Positions 38,966-48,902 of a stretch of DNA of 64,000 nucleotides are shown in pieces. The notes under the pieces were generated by a model. It did no database searches. It saw only the letters and a list, made by a program, of their open reading frames with translations, and was not told the origin of the DNA. A program made the translations under genes and the position numbers. This stretch comes from Candidatus Yanofskybacteria bacterium CG10_big_fil_rev_8_21_14_0_10_36_16 (GTDB lineage: Bacteria > Patescibacteriota > Minisyncoccia > 2-02-FULL-40-12 > IGHO2-01-FULL-4-A): the NCBI GenBank assembly GCA_002794035.1, contig PCXQ01000005.1, positions 16,909 through 80,908 of the forward strand, in the 5' to 3' direction. How positions within the stretch are numbered: the first letter of the stretch is position 1; every line of letters starts with the position of its first letter.

Positions 38966-39979
38966 CTACCTAAACAATTCTTGTGCTCGTGCCCAATGTT
39001 CTGGGTAATTTTCATGTTTTTTGAGGTAATACCACCACTCGGCGCCCCAAAGGTAAAAAGTATTAAACCCTGTACGGTTTGAAAACTCTATTATCTCATT
39101 AAACTTGTCTATACCCATACGGTCAAGCTGGACATCAAGTGGAGTTTCTACTATCGGCTGAAGAAGCCAAGGCTCAGCGGATAGCTCAATGACCATTGCC
39201 GGCTTATCCTCATTAAATAATTTTATAAAATTATGCTTTATTCGGAAAAAAGCAGGAGTAATCGGATATCTAATAGGACCGCCAATATATTTATTCCTCC
39301 ACCAAACATAAAGATACATACTTGTACCAAAATGATCTCCTTCATTGTGTGCTTGCCACCATTTACCAAACTCACCGCTATCTGTTATTAACACCGGCCT
39401 TGTCGTGTCTAACTGCTTAACTAAATTTATCTCCTTATCCAAAAAATCATCATCAAACTCTCCGCAATGAGACCGGCCAAAAAACCCCAAGAACGGTTCA
39501 TTTTCAACCTGCCATATTTTAATAGCACTACTATCCTTATATCTGCTTACTGTTTCCTTAATATAACTCAAAATTCTATTATTTTTTTCTTCCTGAGAAA
39601 GCTCTTTGGCCCAATCTGGATCATGACACTCGGGCCAGCCCGGGAGGCGACGCCCCACAGCAAAAATCACCTCAACGTCACGTTTTTCTGCCTCAGCAAT
39701 CTGGTAGTCTAATTCCTCAAAATTATATTCACCCATCTTTGGCTCAACCATGGGCCAATGAGCAGATAATCTCAGACGCTTAACCCCTAAATCATCTAAA
39801 ATAGCAAGATATGTTTCTTTCCAATCAAGACCCAGTTCGTCTGAATGAAACTTGCTGAACGAAACGCCGTATTTTAGCTCCGACTTATCAGGTATATGAG
39901 ACAAAGAAAGCAAAATCAAGGCAAAGAAAAGGACAATGATTAAGCTTAATAGTTTATGTTTAAAAATTTGATGAAACAT
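38966..39979 (-). CDS. Membrane-anchored clan GH-A glycoside hydrolase (GH5/GH42-like)
   Basis: WQVENEP acid/base motif, IELSAEPW nucleophile region, LWGAEWWY. Confidence 0.75.
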   Translation of the reverse strand: MFHQIFKHKLLSLIIVLFFALILLSLSHIPDKSELKYGVSFSKFHSDELGLDWKETYLAILDDLGVKRLRLSAHWPMVEPKMGEYNFEELDYQIAEAEKRDVEVIFAVGRRLPGWPECHDPDWAKELSQEEKNNRILSYIKETVSRYKDSSAIKIWQVENEPFLGFFGRSHCGEFDDDFLDKEINLVKQLDTTRPVLITDSGEFGKWWQAHNEGDHFGTSMYLYVWWRNKYIGGPIRYPITPAFFRIKHNFIKLFNEDKPAMVIELSAEPWLLQPIVETPLDVQLDRMGIDKFNEIIEFSNRTGFNTFYLWGAEWWYYLKKHENYPEHWARAQELFR

Positions 39980-40051
39980 TTAATAATAAAAATGGCTTGA
40001 CTAATACTTTAAATTATTATAATATAATTTTATAGCTTTGGAGGTGTTGAA

Positions 40052-40222
40052 ATGCCGAAAAGATTAACACTTGCCCTATTAGTTACTTGGATAGTATATG
40101 CAATAATTGTAATAGTAGCCACCATTGTCGCGCCCTCTCCCCTTGTGGGAGATATAGGTTTTATAGGGGCAATGATTGCCCTAATTGTAACTATGATAAT
40201 TTGTAAAAAAAATAAACGTTAA
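40052..40222 (+). CDS. Small two-TM membrane protein, 56 aa (below the track cut-off)
   Basis: GGAGGT SD; TTGACT promoter at 39997; MPKRLTLALLVTWIVYAIIVIVATIVAPSPLVGDIGFIGAMIALIVTMIICKKNKR; terminator at about 40241-40271. Confidence 0.7.
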   Translation: MPKRLTLALLVTWIVYAIIVIVATIVAPSPLVGDIGFIGAMIALIVTMIICKKNKR

Positions 40223-40288
40223 TTTGTTTACCCATATAATGCCCATCCTCTTATTTAGGAAGGGCTTTTTTATTTGCTTAAGCACTTG

Positions 40289-40316
40289 CCCCGGCTCTTG
40301 AATTTCAAGAGTGGGA
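40289..40316. repeat. Collapsed copy of the CCCCGCYCTTGAAAT inverted-repeat element
   Basis: CCCCGGCTCTTGAA-TTTCAAGAGTGGGA, with the arms abutting. Confidence 0.55.
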
Positions 40317-40318
40317 TT

Positions 40319-41215
40319 TTAAACAAACAACAGCGCTAATCCGCCCACGATCAACAACGTAGCCAAAAACTTCTGTCCTATTATGTGTTTTTTATCTACT
40401 GTCTCAAACATATAGCCTCGCTTGCTTAAATGAGAATTAAAAATTAGAGCAAACAAAAGCAAAAATACAAACTGGACGCCAGATAAAGCATTTACCACTG
40501 ATACCTTGCCCAAATCTACAGCAAGAGAAACAAATAAAAACGCTACTCCAGCTAATACCTTGCTGACAACGATAAACCACTTAATACCATTGGATGATTT
40601 TTTAATATTTAATTTAATATCTGATCTTATTGAAGGCACAAGCAAAAACATTAATGCTCCTGCAAAGTTGGCCATTCGGGACCAGAAAAATCCGCTCAAA
40701 AAACTTGTTTCCGCAAAAATCATCTTCATAAAAATCAAAGAGAGTCCCAATAAAACGCCTGACAAAACGGTATTAACTGTAGTTTCCTTATTGAATCTAA
40801 AATATGACATTAGTGCTGTACCGGAAACCAACAACACAAAACCGGCAAGAAAATTGCCGGACAAACGTTCACCCAAAATAAAATAAGCGAAAACAAAGGC
40901 TGAAACCGCGCTAACAGCACCCATGGCCGGAGACACGTCTGAAGCATCTGCAGTCTTTAAAGCTCTATATAAAAAAATTAAATAAGGAACAAATGCTACA
41001 GTAGAAAGAATAGATAGCCATATAACCTTAAAGCTGGGAATTAAATCGATACCGAAAGGCAAAAAAATTACAGCAGCTCCCGAAAGTAAACTTACGTAAA
41101 AAGCATACACAACGGGTTTTTGGATAGCAGTTTTTGAAGTAACTAAAAATTTATCAGCCAAAACAACAAGAGCAAACAACAACTGCGCAAAAATTGTTAT
41201 GTAAATAAATGCCAT
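40319..41215 (-). CDS. EamA/DMT family transporter
   Basis: About 10 TM in two repeats; LADKFL, YFILGERL. Confidence 0.8.
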   Translation of the reverse strand: MAFIYITIFAQLLFALVVLADKFLVTSKTAIQKPVVYAFYVSLLSGAAVIFLPFGIDLIPSFKVIWLSILSTVAFVPYLIFLYRALKTADASDVSPAMGAVSAVSAFVFAYFILGERLSGNFLAGFVLLVSGTALMSYFRFNKETTVNTVLSGVLLGLSLIFMKMIFAETSFLSGFFWSRMANFAGALMFLLVPSIRSDIKLNIKKSSNGIKWFIVVSKVLAGVAFLFVSLAVDLGKVSVVNALSGVQFVFLLLFALIFNSHLSKRGYMFETVDKKHIIGQKFLATLLIVGGLALLFV

Positions 41216-41383
41216 AAAAAGGTTTTAGCCTCCTATTACAACCTCATGTCGCACAAATACATTTACATTATACCACAAAAACAAAAAGCAAACTGAAAAC
41301 CTTCAAAGATTGATTTTTTATAACAAATGTGGTATTTTTTTACAAACAAAAAAAGTACTTTAAAACTTAAAAACGAGGAACTG

Positions 41384-43960
41384 ATGACCAACATAAGGAA
41401 AATAACGATACTTTTGTTTTTTGTATTAATGTATAAAACACCGGCCATTGCAGAAATTGCAGTAAATGGATCAATTACAGACCCCGACAACAACCCCGTG
41501 ATTAATGCACTGGTAGAGATAATGCCGGGCAATCCGCCCGATCCCCAACTTACTGACAGCACCAAAACTGATGAAAACGGAAAATTTAGTATAATATTGC
41601 AAAAATCTGAGTCGCCAGGACTATATCTTCTAAGCATCAAAAATGCCGAGGGATTTCAAGATATAAAAGGAGAAGAAATAAACCTTAACAACAACTTCAA
41701 TCCCCCTTTGTATATCACAATGATTCCGATTGAAAAATTTGAGGTAACGGTTTCTGCAAATACCCCATATACGCCTCAAATAGCAGTGGATCAAGTCCAA
41801 TTATCAAGAACTCTGGATAGAAAAACATTGTTGGAGATCCCAACCACAAGGTCTCCGGAAATCACAGAAATATTGGTTAACAACCTACCCGGAATCATTA
41901 AGGATTCTGCAGGAAACATGCATTTTGATGGCGGACAACCATTTAATCACAACTGGCAACTCTCGCGATTTAATATCGGAGATCCTGTAAAATACACACT
42001 GGAGACAAGGAGTATCAACCCCGAAGCAATTGAAGAAATAGATTTTAATTCAGGACGTTACAGTGTTGATGGAGGCAAAGGTTATACCAGAATAAACATG
42101 TATCCGCATCAGGGTGCCGATGAATTCAGCTTAAACTTAACAAACCCTGTTCCCGGAATTGATATTAACAAGGGACTGGTTCTTTCTGATTGGAAACCCA
42201 AGCTTTGTTTTTCCGGACCCATAAAGAAAGGAGGGTTTTGGTTTTCCGATTGCGTAGCTTTAAACTATAACTCAAGAATTTTTGAAGAACTGCCCAAAGG
42301 AAAAGACAAGACAACAAGCTGGGCAGGCAACAACTTATTCTCGGTACAAGGCAACATTTCACCTAGGAATATTTGGAATTTCAACTTTATGACAGATTAT
42401 CTAAATGCTCCGAACGCAGAATTGTCGCCCATAAATCCCCACTCAACAACTACGGACCTGAACAATAAAATTTATTTTGGAAGTATTGGAAACAGGATTT
42501 TTACCGGAGCCAATACGGCAATTTCATGGGGTTATGGATATTACCAATCAGCATTTGAAGCTAGGCCTCAAGGTGAAGGACCTTTTATCACAACACCTGT
42601 CGGCAACAGAGGATTTGCACATAAAAACAGTTTTAATCAAGGCAAAAGACATCAGCTGTTCGCAAACATTACCACGAAAGCGCCGGAATTTTTGCCGAAA
42701 ATTTTAAAAAACAACCATAGGCACAAATATGGCACTGACTTTCAGAGGATAAATTATTGCCAAGATGTAACAAGGACATCAATTGAAACTCTAAGAATTG
42801 ACGAGACTCTTTCCAACAGGCGTGAATTTTTTGGGAATGGTAATTTTTGCAAAGCAAATCTTGAATCAGCGTTTTACTTTCAAGATAGCTGGAACTTAAG
42901 CCCCGGTGTTTTTGTTCAAGCTGGGCTAAGAATGGACACTGACAGAATTGTTCAAAAAAATGTTCTCACATCAAGATATAGCCTAGCCTTAATGCCGTCC
43001 GAAATTGAAAGCAAATGGACTAAATTCTTACCAGGATTGCTAAAGAAAAATAAATACGTTTTTGGATACGGACGGCTTCCAGCCCCCTATCCATTAAATA
43101 TTTTTACAAGGCACCTTGATCAATATTCCATCGTTTCAGATTTTAATAACGACGGCTCATTAAGAAGTGATCCGTTCCTGCTTCAATTTACCGCAAATTC
43201 TCTTTCGCAAGAAAGACTAACAGTACCCACGACAGTAAATTACAGTTTTGGCATTGAAAGACTGCTCCCATATGATTTTATCTTGGGATCAAATTTTCTT
43301 AGAAAAAAAAGCAGGGACGGTTATGTCTTTGTCCCAGTTGCAGAAGAGCTAGGAGAAACCGATTATTCAGCTTCGCCATTTTTTTCTAGAGCGGTATATT
43401 ACGACATGAAAAATCTCCAAAAGATATCTTACGATGCTTTTGAATTTAGCATCAGAAAGATTGGAGAAATAAAAAACAGAAGAGTAAATTGGTTCTTAAA
43501 CTACACTTATTCCAAAAATGAAGGCAATGGAAGCGGGAATCCTTTTTTGGATGATCTGTTTCTTTTCTCAGATACTGCTGGTCCCACATCTTGGGATGTA
43601 CCGCACCGGCTTCTGACATATGGGTATTTTGATATTACTTCAAAATATGCTATTGCCTATCACCTCCAACACAGAACGGGCACACCATACACAGCGTACA
43701 ATGACGAAGGCAGACAAGTTGGCGGATTCAACAGTCAAAGACTACCAAATTTTTTAAGCTTAAATCTTCACTTTGAAATAAAACATAATTTTTTCAAAAG
43801 AAGATGGGCTTTAAGAATTGGCTCGGATAATATAACTGGCCACTTTAATCCGACAATCGTTAATGCCAATACATCAGTTCCTGGTTACCCAATATTTTAC
43901 GGTTCACAGCCCAGGAAACCTTTCGTGTTTAGGGTCAGATATTTGGGCAAAGTTCAGTAA
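41384..43960 (+). CDS. TonB-dependent-receptor-like outer-membrane beta-barrel protein with an N-terminal carboxypeptidase-regulatory-like domain
   Basis: Signal peptide; GSITDPDNNPVINALV..TKTDENGKF; plug LPGII..MHFDGG..EAIEEIDFNSGRYSVDGG; barrel FSGPIKKGGFWF, FYFQDSWN..AGLRMD, NYTYS, WDVPHR, DNITGHFNP. Start ATG 41384 behind GAGG. Confidence 0.85.
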   Translation: MTNIRKITILLFFVLMYKTPAIAEIAVNGSITDPDNNPVINALVEIMPGNPPDPQLTDSTKTDENGKFSIILQKSESPGLYLLSIKNAEGFQDIKGEEINLNNNFNPPLYITMIPIEKFEVTVSANTPYTPQIAVDQVQLSRTLDRKTLLEIPTTRSPEITEILVNNLPGIIKDSAGNMHFDGGQPFNHNWQLSRFNIGDPVKYTLETRSINPEAIEEIDFNSGRYSVDGGKGYTRINMYPHQGADEFSLNLTNPVPGIDINKGLVLSDWKPKLCFSGPIKKGGFWFSDCVALNYNSRIFEELPKGKDKTTSWAGNNLFSVQGNISPRNIWNFNFMTDYLNAPNAELSPINPHSTTTDLNNKIYFGSIGNRIFTGANTAISWGYGYYQSAFEARPQGEGPFITTPVGNRGFAHKNSFNQGKRHQLFANITTKAPEFLPKILKNNHRHKYGTDFQRINYCQDVTRTSIETLRIDETLSNRREFFGNGNFCKANLESAFYFQDSWNLSPGVFVQAGLRMDTDRIVQKNVLTSRYSLALMPSEIESKWTKFLPGLLKKNKYVFGYGRLPAPYPLNIFTRHLDQYSIVSDFNNDGSLRSDPFLLQFTANSLSQERLTVPTTVNYSFGIERLLPYDFILGSNFLRKKSRDGYVFVPVAEELGETDYSASPFFSRAVYYDMKNLQKISYDAFEFSIRKIGEIKNRRVNWFLNYTYSKNEGNGSGNPFLDDLFLFSDTAGPTSWDVPHRLLTYGYFDITSKYAIAYHLQHRTGTPYTAYNDEGRQVGGFNSQRLPNFLSLNLHFEIKHNFFKRRWALRIGSDNITGHFNPTIVNANTSVPGYPIFYGSQPRKPFVFRVRYLGKVQ

Positions 43961-43973
43961 ACAATCCATGAAT

Positions 43974-43996
43974 AAAGCCCCGCTAAGCGGGGCTTT
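43974..43996. terminator. Bidirectional hairpin AAAGCCCCGC-TAA-GCGGGGCTTT
   Basis: Between convergent genes. Confidence 0.8.
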
Positions 43997-44008
43997 TATA
44001 ATAGATAC

Positions 44009-44659
44009 TCATTTAAAATATGCCGGCCCAACCCGCATACCATGAGTTATGACGTCAGGCGTAAAATAATTTAAAAATATACCAATAATAAGATGGGAGA
44101 CTATTAGAAAATAAATATTTCTATACTTCAGAAAATGCCAAGCACAGGCGATACCCCCAACAAATGTAACAACCATCAAAAACCAATTGGGATTATGAAA
44201 GAAAGCAAATATAAACCCCGTTGCTAAAATCACGTTCCATTTACCACCATTCCCCCAAACAACTTCCAGGCGATTAATATAAAAACAAGACAATAAATAC
44301 TGCTGAAGTATAACTACAGCAAAATAAAATATCAGCTCCCAAAAATCAAAGGAAATTTTAAATTTTTGCACCGATTCCCCAAGATAAAGACCAAAACTAA
44401 TCCCTAGAGTGGAAAAAACAACTAGAGCCACGATTAAATGCAGCAAGAACTTTTTGTGAAAAATTTTTCGAGGCTTAAAACCAGAATCTTCCAATTTGTC
44501 TTTGAATTTAAAAAACTGAAAAAAAACAACGACAACAACAAGCGTCAGCCATGAACCAACATCCCTTTCTCCGGAATAGATCATGACCATAAGCAAAATA
44601 CCCACGACAATCATTGATAATGCAGAAGTTACTCTTAGTTGATTTTTGGGGGTCGTCAT
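44009..44659 (-). CDS. CPBP/CAAX (Abi) intramembrane protease family, with a variant motif 1
   Basis: QQYLLSCF in place of EE..FRG; FAFFH; IVSH; ATGA overlap with the upstream gene. Confidence 0.75.
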   Translation of the reverse strand: MTTPKNQLRVTSALSMIVVGILLMVMIYSGERDVGSWLTLVVVVVFFQFFKFKDKLEDSGFKPRKIFHKKFLLHLIVALVVFSTLGISFGLYLGESVQKFKISFDFWELIFYFAVVILQQYLLSCFYINRLEVVWGNGGKWNVILATGFIFAFFHNPNWFLMVVTFVGGIACAWHFLKYRNIYFLIVSHLIIGIFLNYFTPDVITHGMRVGPAYFK

Positions 44660-45990
44660 TTTCTTGCCATCCTTTTTACAGATTTAAAAATCTCATCGCC
44701 AATATTATCATTAACTGCAAGAGATCGTTCATATTCATATATTTTTTCTTTGTACTTTTTTTTAGGCAAAATATAACCAAGCTCGTCATTGGCAAGACCA
44801 AGAAACCAAACAGTTTTATCTGGAAATATTGTTCTTATTTTTAAACTTATCTCTGGAGACATTTCGCCAGGCACAGCAACTAAAACAATTTGGTCGCCAA
44901 GAAAAACAACACTAACCTCAGTAGATAGCTTGCCTCTATCTAATTGATGGGGTAAGAGGCCTTTCTCGAGTTTGTTTTTAAAGACCTTGTTTTTAAGTTC
45001 AATTTTTAATATTTCTGTTCTAATTTCCATTGGAGAAATATTTACTGCTTCAAAAGTTCCCGCATAACTATAAATTTGTTCCTGCACATCGTTGTTAAAC
45101 CTAATCATTCCCAAAAGTTTATCATCAAAACGGTATCTAAGATTGGGAACAACCATCCCTCCCAAGGCACCACTAAAAAACATGGGGTAAGCAACTGTTG
45201 TTTCATTTTTTCCCAAAGAAGAAAGCCTATCCCTTAAATTTCCGACATAATCACTAGAAAGTGAATCAGTCTTTCTTAAAAATTCAGGATGGCAGGCGAA
45301 CCCAACGAGAAAAATTGGTTTCTCCTTTGCCTCAAAAAAATCAGCGACACCATGAATAATACCAAAGTATTTTTTTGTTGGCTGAATGTGCATCATAAAA
45401 ACATTATCGTCTAAAACATTGGGGTCACGATCATTGGCAATAATATCTCCCAACCTGCCGTTTTTTATTTTAATCTCAGCAGTATTTCTATTTTTATAAG
45501 CACTTCTAATGGCATCTGCTGTTTGGTTAATTAAATATTCAAGATCTTCCATCTGTCCTTTGTCTTTTCTTGAATCACTATAAACACCTAAAAAATCAGG
45601 CGCGGAGTGAGTATGAGTAGATGAAACAATAATCTTATTGCCATCAGGAAATATATCCCTAACCCTTTGTCTTATTTTCTGAACATCATCTCTAAACAAA
45701 CCAAAAGCATCAACGCTAACTAGCGCCAAAATATTTCCAAAACCATCATCTAACACTAAGGCACTGACCGTAAGTTCATCTTGAAAATTGTTTGCTCTTT
45801 TATTATAGGGTTTGCCGGGCAAAAAAGGATTTTCCTCTTTCAACCCTAATGTTGGCGTAATATCTCTTTGGTCATATCCAACCCTCACCGCAGAAGAAGC
45901 TCTAATAGAGAAAATTAAACCCAATAAGCAAATTAGGCCCAAAATAAAAATTAGTATCGTAAACCAGTTTTTTAATGTTGGATATCTCAT
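44656..45990 (-). CDS. Membrane-anchored neutral/alkaline ceramidase-like hydrolase
   Basis: N-terminal TM; DITP, VSVD, SSTHTHSAPD, FACHPE, SSDYVG, VPGE, GLANDELGYI, YE; start ATG 45990 behind GGAG. Confidence 0.8.
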   Translation of the reverse strand: MRYPTLKNWFTILIFILGLICLLGLIFSIRASSAVRVGYDQRDITPTLGLKEENPFLPGKPYNKRANNFQDELTVSALVLDDGFGNILALVSVDAFGLFRDDVQKIRQRVRDIFPDGNKIIVSSTHTHSAPDFLGVYSDSRKDKGQMEDLEYLINQTADAIRSAYKNRNTAEIKIKNGRLGDIIANDRDPNVLDDNVFMMHIQPTKKYFGIIHGVADFFEAKEKPIFLVGFACHPEFLRKTDSLSSDYVGNLRDRLSSLGKNETTVAYPMFFSGALGGMVVPNLRYRFDDKLLGMIRFNNDVQEQIYSYAGTFEAVNISPMEIRTEILKIELKNKVFKNKLEKGLLPHQLDRGKLSTEVSVVFLGDQIVLVAVPGEMSPEISLKIRTIFPDKTVWFLGLANDELGYILPKKKYKEKIYEYERSLAVNDNIGDEIFKSVKRMARK

Positions 45991-46123
45991 TTTGTTCTCC
46001 ATATTAAATTTTTAATTTTCTGGTTTAAATACTAACAGAACAGCGAAACTAAAATAATTTACAAAACAAAAGCGAAATGATATAAAAATACCGATTGTTT
46101 AGCTCATTAAAAAGGAGACAATA

Positions 46124-47065
46124 GTGGGATCATTAAATGAATTCCTCCAAATAGCCCGACCCATTCTTGAAATAGATTATTTCATAATGTTAGTTTTTTC
46201 ATTATTTATTTTTGTTGGATTATTTAATGAAAAAATGCGCTTATTTTGGGAAAAGACTCTTAATAAAAACCCAGAGAAAATTCTTTTGCTGACATTTACA
46301 TTTTCAGCAATCAACTTATTTCATGTTTTAATGAGGGATATTCCACTTCAAAACTGGCTTGCATACACTCTTTTTTTGTTAATACCTACAGTGTGTCTGC
46401 TTCTCGCTAATAAAAAATCTCAAAAAATTCAGATAACAGACGTAATTGTAATTTTATTTCTTTGGCTACCTTTTGATTTAAGAATAATTCAAGAATCATG
46501 GTTTAAATTCAACTACTTATTCCTAAGCGTGTCTGCGGCATCAGTCGCCATTATAGGTTTTTCTTTTGTAAGAAATCTAAAAGGACTAAAAATAAATACA
46601 GAAATTAAACTCAAGGATATATTATTCTCTTTAAAGGTTTTGTTGGTGCTTATTATCACCATTGTTCCTATAGGTTTTATTTTAAATTTTTTGGAATTTG
46701 GTTTTAAGATAAATCTTCTGAATGTAAATAATATCTTATATTTGTTTGTGATTTTAGTTTTGTATTTTTTACAGACAGGACTTCCAGAAGAAATTCTTTT
46801 CAGAGGTTTATTGCAGAATTTGTTATTCAAAACTTGGAATAGTAATTGGAAAGCAGTAATTGTGGCATCTGTAATGTTTGGTAGCGCTCACTTAGACAAT
46901 ATAGCCAGTGGATATGGACCGCCAAATTGGCCCTATGCTATTTTGGCAACGATTGCTGGCATTGGGTATGGCATAACATACCTAAAAACAAAAAGTATTA
47001 TCATACCCGGCATGCTTCATGCTTGTGTTGATCTTTTGTGGGGCTTGTTTTTTGTGAAAGTATAA
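46124..47065 (+). CDS. CPBP/CAAX (Abi) intramembrane metalloprotease
   Basis: PEEILFRGLLQ, FGSAH, LHACVD; AAGGAG SD before GTG; CCCCGCC-TT-GGCGGGG terminator at 47069-47088. Confidence 0.85.
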   Translation: MGSLNEFLQIARPILEIDYFIMLVFSLFIFVGLFNEKMRLFWEKTLNKNPEKILLLTFTFSAINLFHVLMRDIPLQNWLAYTLFLLIPTVCLLLANKKSQKIQITDVIVILFLWLPFDLRIIQESWFKFNYLFLSVSAASVAIIGFSFVRNLKGLKINTEIKLKDILFSLKVLLVLIITIVPIGFILNFLEFGFKINLLNVNNILYLFVILVLYFLQTGLPEEILFRGLLQNLLFKTWNSNWKAVIVASVMFGSAHLDNIASGYGPPNWPYAILATIAGIGYGITYLKTKSIIIPGMLHACVDLLWGLFFVKV

Positions 47066-47118
47066 ATCAACCCCGCCTTGGCGGGGTTTTTATTATTAAC
47101 AAAAAAAATTACACACAA

Positions 47119-48135
47119 CTACAGCAAACGACTTAATATGAAAAAGATTACATAAATAGATATAAGAGCAAATCCTTCTTTTTGAGTTATGGCGATCTTA
47201 TCACCTCGTAAAAATACCTTAAGGGTCCATATTGCAACACCAAGAAATATAATTGAAAACACCAAACTTCTGCTGAATATAATTTGAATGGGCGAAATAA
47301 CAGCAGCAATTCCCAAAACCAAAGTTGAATTAACAACCAAAGAACCTAGGGCATTGCCAACAGTCATCTCATCATGGTTAAGCATTACAGAACGAACACC
47401 AAAAACCAGTTCAGGTATTGTTGTACCAAAAGCTATTATAAACATCCCGAACACAACTAATTCAATGTGCAAATTTTCTGCAATTCCTTGAGCTGTATTA
47501 ATAATCAAAAAAGAAGAACCCAAAAGCAAAATCAAGGCCCCCAAAAAAGAAAACACCTGTTTAAACACATTTATTCTAGATGGCCCATATAAAGGAAGAC
47601 CTTTTGTTACCCTGTACTTAACTTCTTCCTCTTCACTCTTGTGTGTTACATCTCCTTCTAATTTAAAGGAGTTGTCTTGCTCAAGTTCATGCTTTCTCTT
47701 TATGAGACGAGAGAGATACCAGATATAAACAATGATTAAAAGAAAACCATCTATCCAATCAAGCAACCCGTCATGTATCAAAACAAACGGTAAAATAGAA
47801 ACCAAGAAAACAGTACTGGTACTGTTTTGTACGCTGGGCCTAGCTTTTATACCCTTGCCTATAACGGCTATCAATCCTATTAATAACGTAACATTTAAAA
47901 TGTTTGCCCCTATAACATTGCCGAAGCTTAATTCTCCAACACCACCGGCTCCGGAGCTCACCGCTAAGAAAAGCTCAGGCACAGATGTAGCAATTCCCAT
48001 TAATATAAACGAGGCTGCATATTCAGACATTCTCAAAAATTGAGCAATTCTTGTTAATGAAGAGATCAAAATCTTACTAGCCCAGGCAAGTATAAAAAAT
48101 GCAATAGCAAAAATAGCCAATTGAGAAATTATCAT
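47119..48135 (-). CDS. Na+/Ca2+ antiporter (CaCA, YrbG-like)
   Basis: Two alpha repeats: ATSVPEL..GNVIGAN and GTTIPEL..GNALGS. Confidence 0.9.
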   Translation of the reverse strand: MIISQLAIFAIAFFILAWASKILISSLTRIAQFLRMSEYAASFILMGIATSVPELFLAVSSGAGGVGELSFGNVIGANILNVTLLIGLIAVIGKGIKARPSVQNSTSTVFLVSILPFVLIHDGLLDWIDGFLLIIVYIWYLSRLIKRKHELEQDNSFKLEGDVTHKSEEEEVKYRVTKGLPLYGPSRINVFKQVFSFLGALILLLGSSFLIINTAQGIAENLHIELVVFGMFIIAFGTTIPELVFGVRSVMLNHDEMTVGNALGSLVVNSTLVLGIAAVISPIQIIFSRSLVFSIIFLGVAIWTLKVFLRGDKIAITQKEGFALISIYVIFFILSRLL

Positions 48136-48167
48136 AAATAAATATTTATTTTATCACAGGTAAATAC

Positions 48168-48788
48168 CTATTTTTTAAACATAGCAAAAAGCCTTCTCCT
48201 ATGTTCTGGATCTTTAAGTATATGAATTGCGGTTGGAAGAATAGAGACAACAATAATAGCCAAAACAATGGGCAAAATATATTTATCGGCATTGGGAATT
48301 ATATTGCCCATATAGTAACCACCCAAAGAAAGCCCAAAAGTCCACAAAAATCCTCCCGCAATATTATAAAAAACAAACTTACTATATTTCATTTCACCAA
48401 CACCCGCTAAAATAGGAGCAAAAGTTCTAACAAAGGGCATAAAACGTGCAATAATAATTGTTTTTCCCCCATGTTTTTTATAAAACTCATTAGAAGTACG
48501 CAGGTGGTCTTTGCTAAACCAAAAAGATTCCTCTTTTTTAAAAATTAAAGGTCCCACTCTTTTGCCAAAATAATAACCAACACTATCTCCCGCCACCGCA
48601 GCAACAAACGAAAGCCATGCCAGCAAATTAATATTTATAAATCCTTGAGACGCCAAAAATCCAGCAGTAAAAAGCAGGCCATCGCCAGGAAGGAAAAATC
48701 CAACGAGCAAGCCCGATTCAGCAAAAACAATACCGACAACGCCAAGCAAGCCAACAGTTTTAATTAATAATTCAATATCAAAAAGCAT
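48168..48788 (-). CDS. dedA: DedA family membrane protein
   Basis: FAESGLLVGFFLPGDGLLF, GDSVGY, ARFMPFVRTF. Confidence 0.9.
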   Translation of the reverse strand: MLFDIELLIKTVGLLGVVGIVFAESGLLVGFFLPGDGLLFTAGFLASQGFININLLAWLSFVAAVAGDSVGYYFGKRVGPLIFKKEESFWFSKDHLRTSNEFYKKHGGKTIIIARFMPFVRTFAPILAGVGEMKYSKFVFYNIAGGFLWTFGLSLGGYYMGNIIPNADKYILPIVLAIIVVSILPTAIHILKDPEHRRRLFAMFKK

Positions 48789-48902
48789 AATATTTTATAA
48801 TAAATGTTTTTATAATATTAATGATAACACAGATAAGTTGCAACCTTATATACACCGGACACAGAGTGATAAAAAAGGCCCCGCCTTAGCGGGGCCTAAG
48901 CC

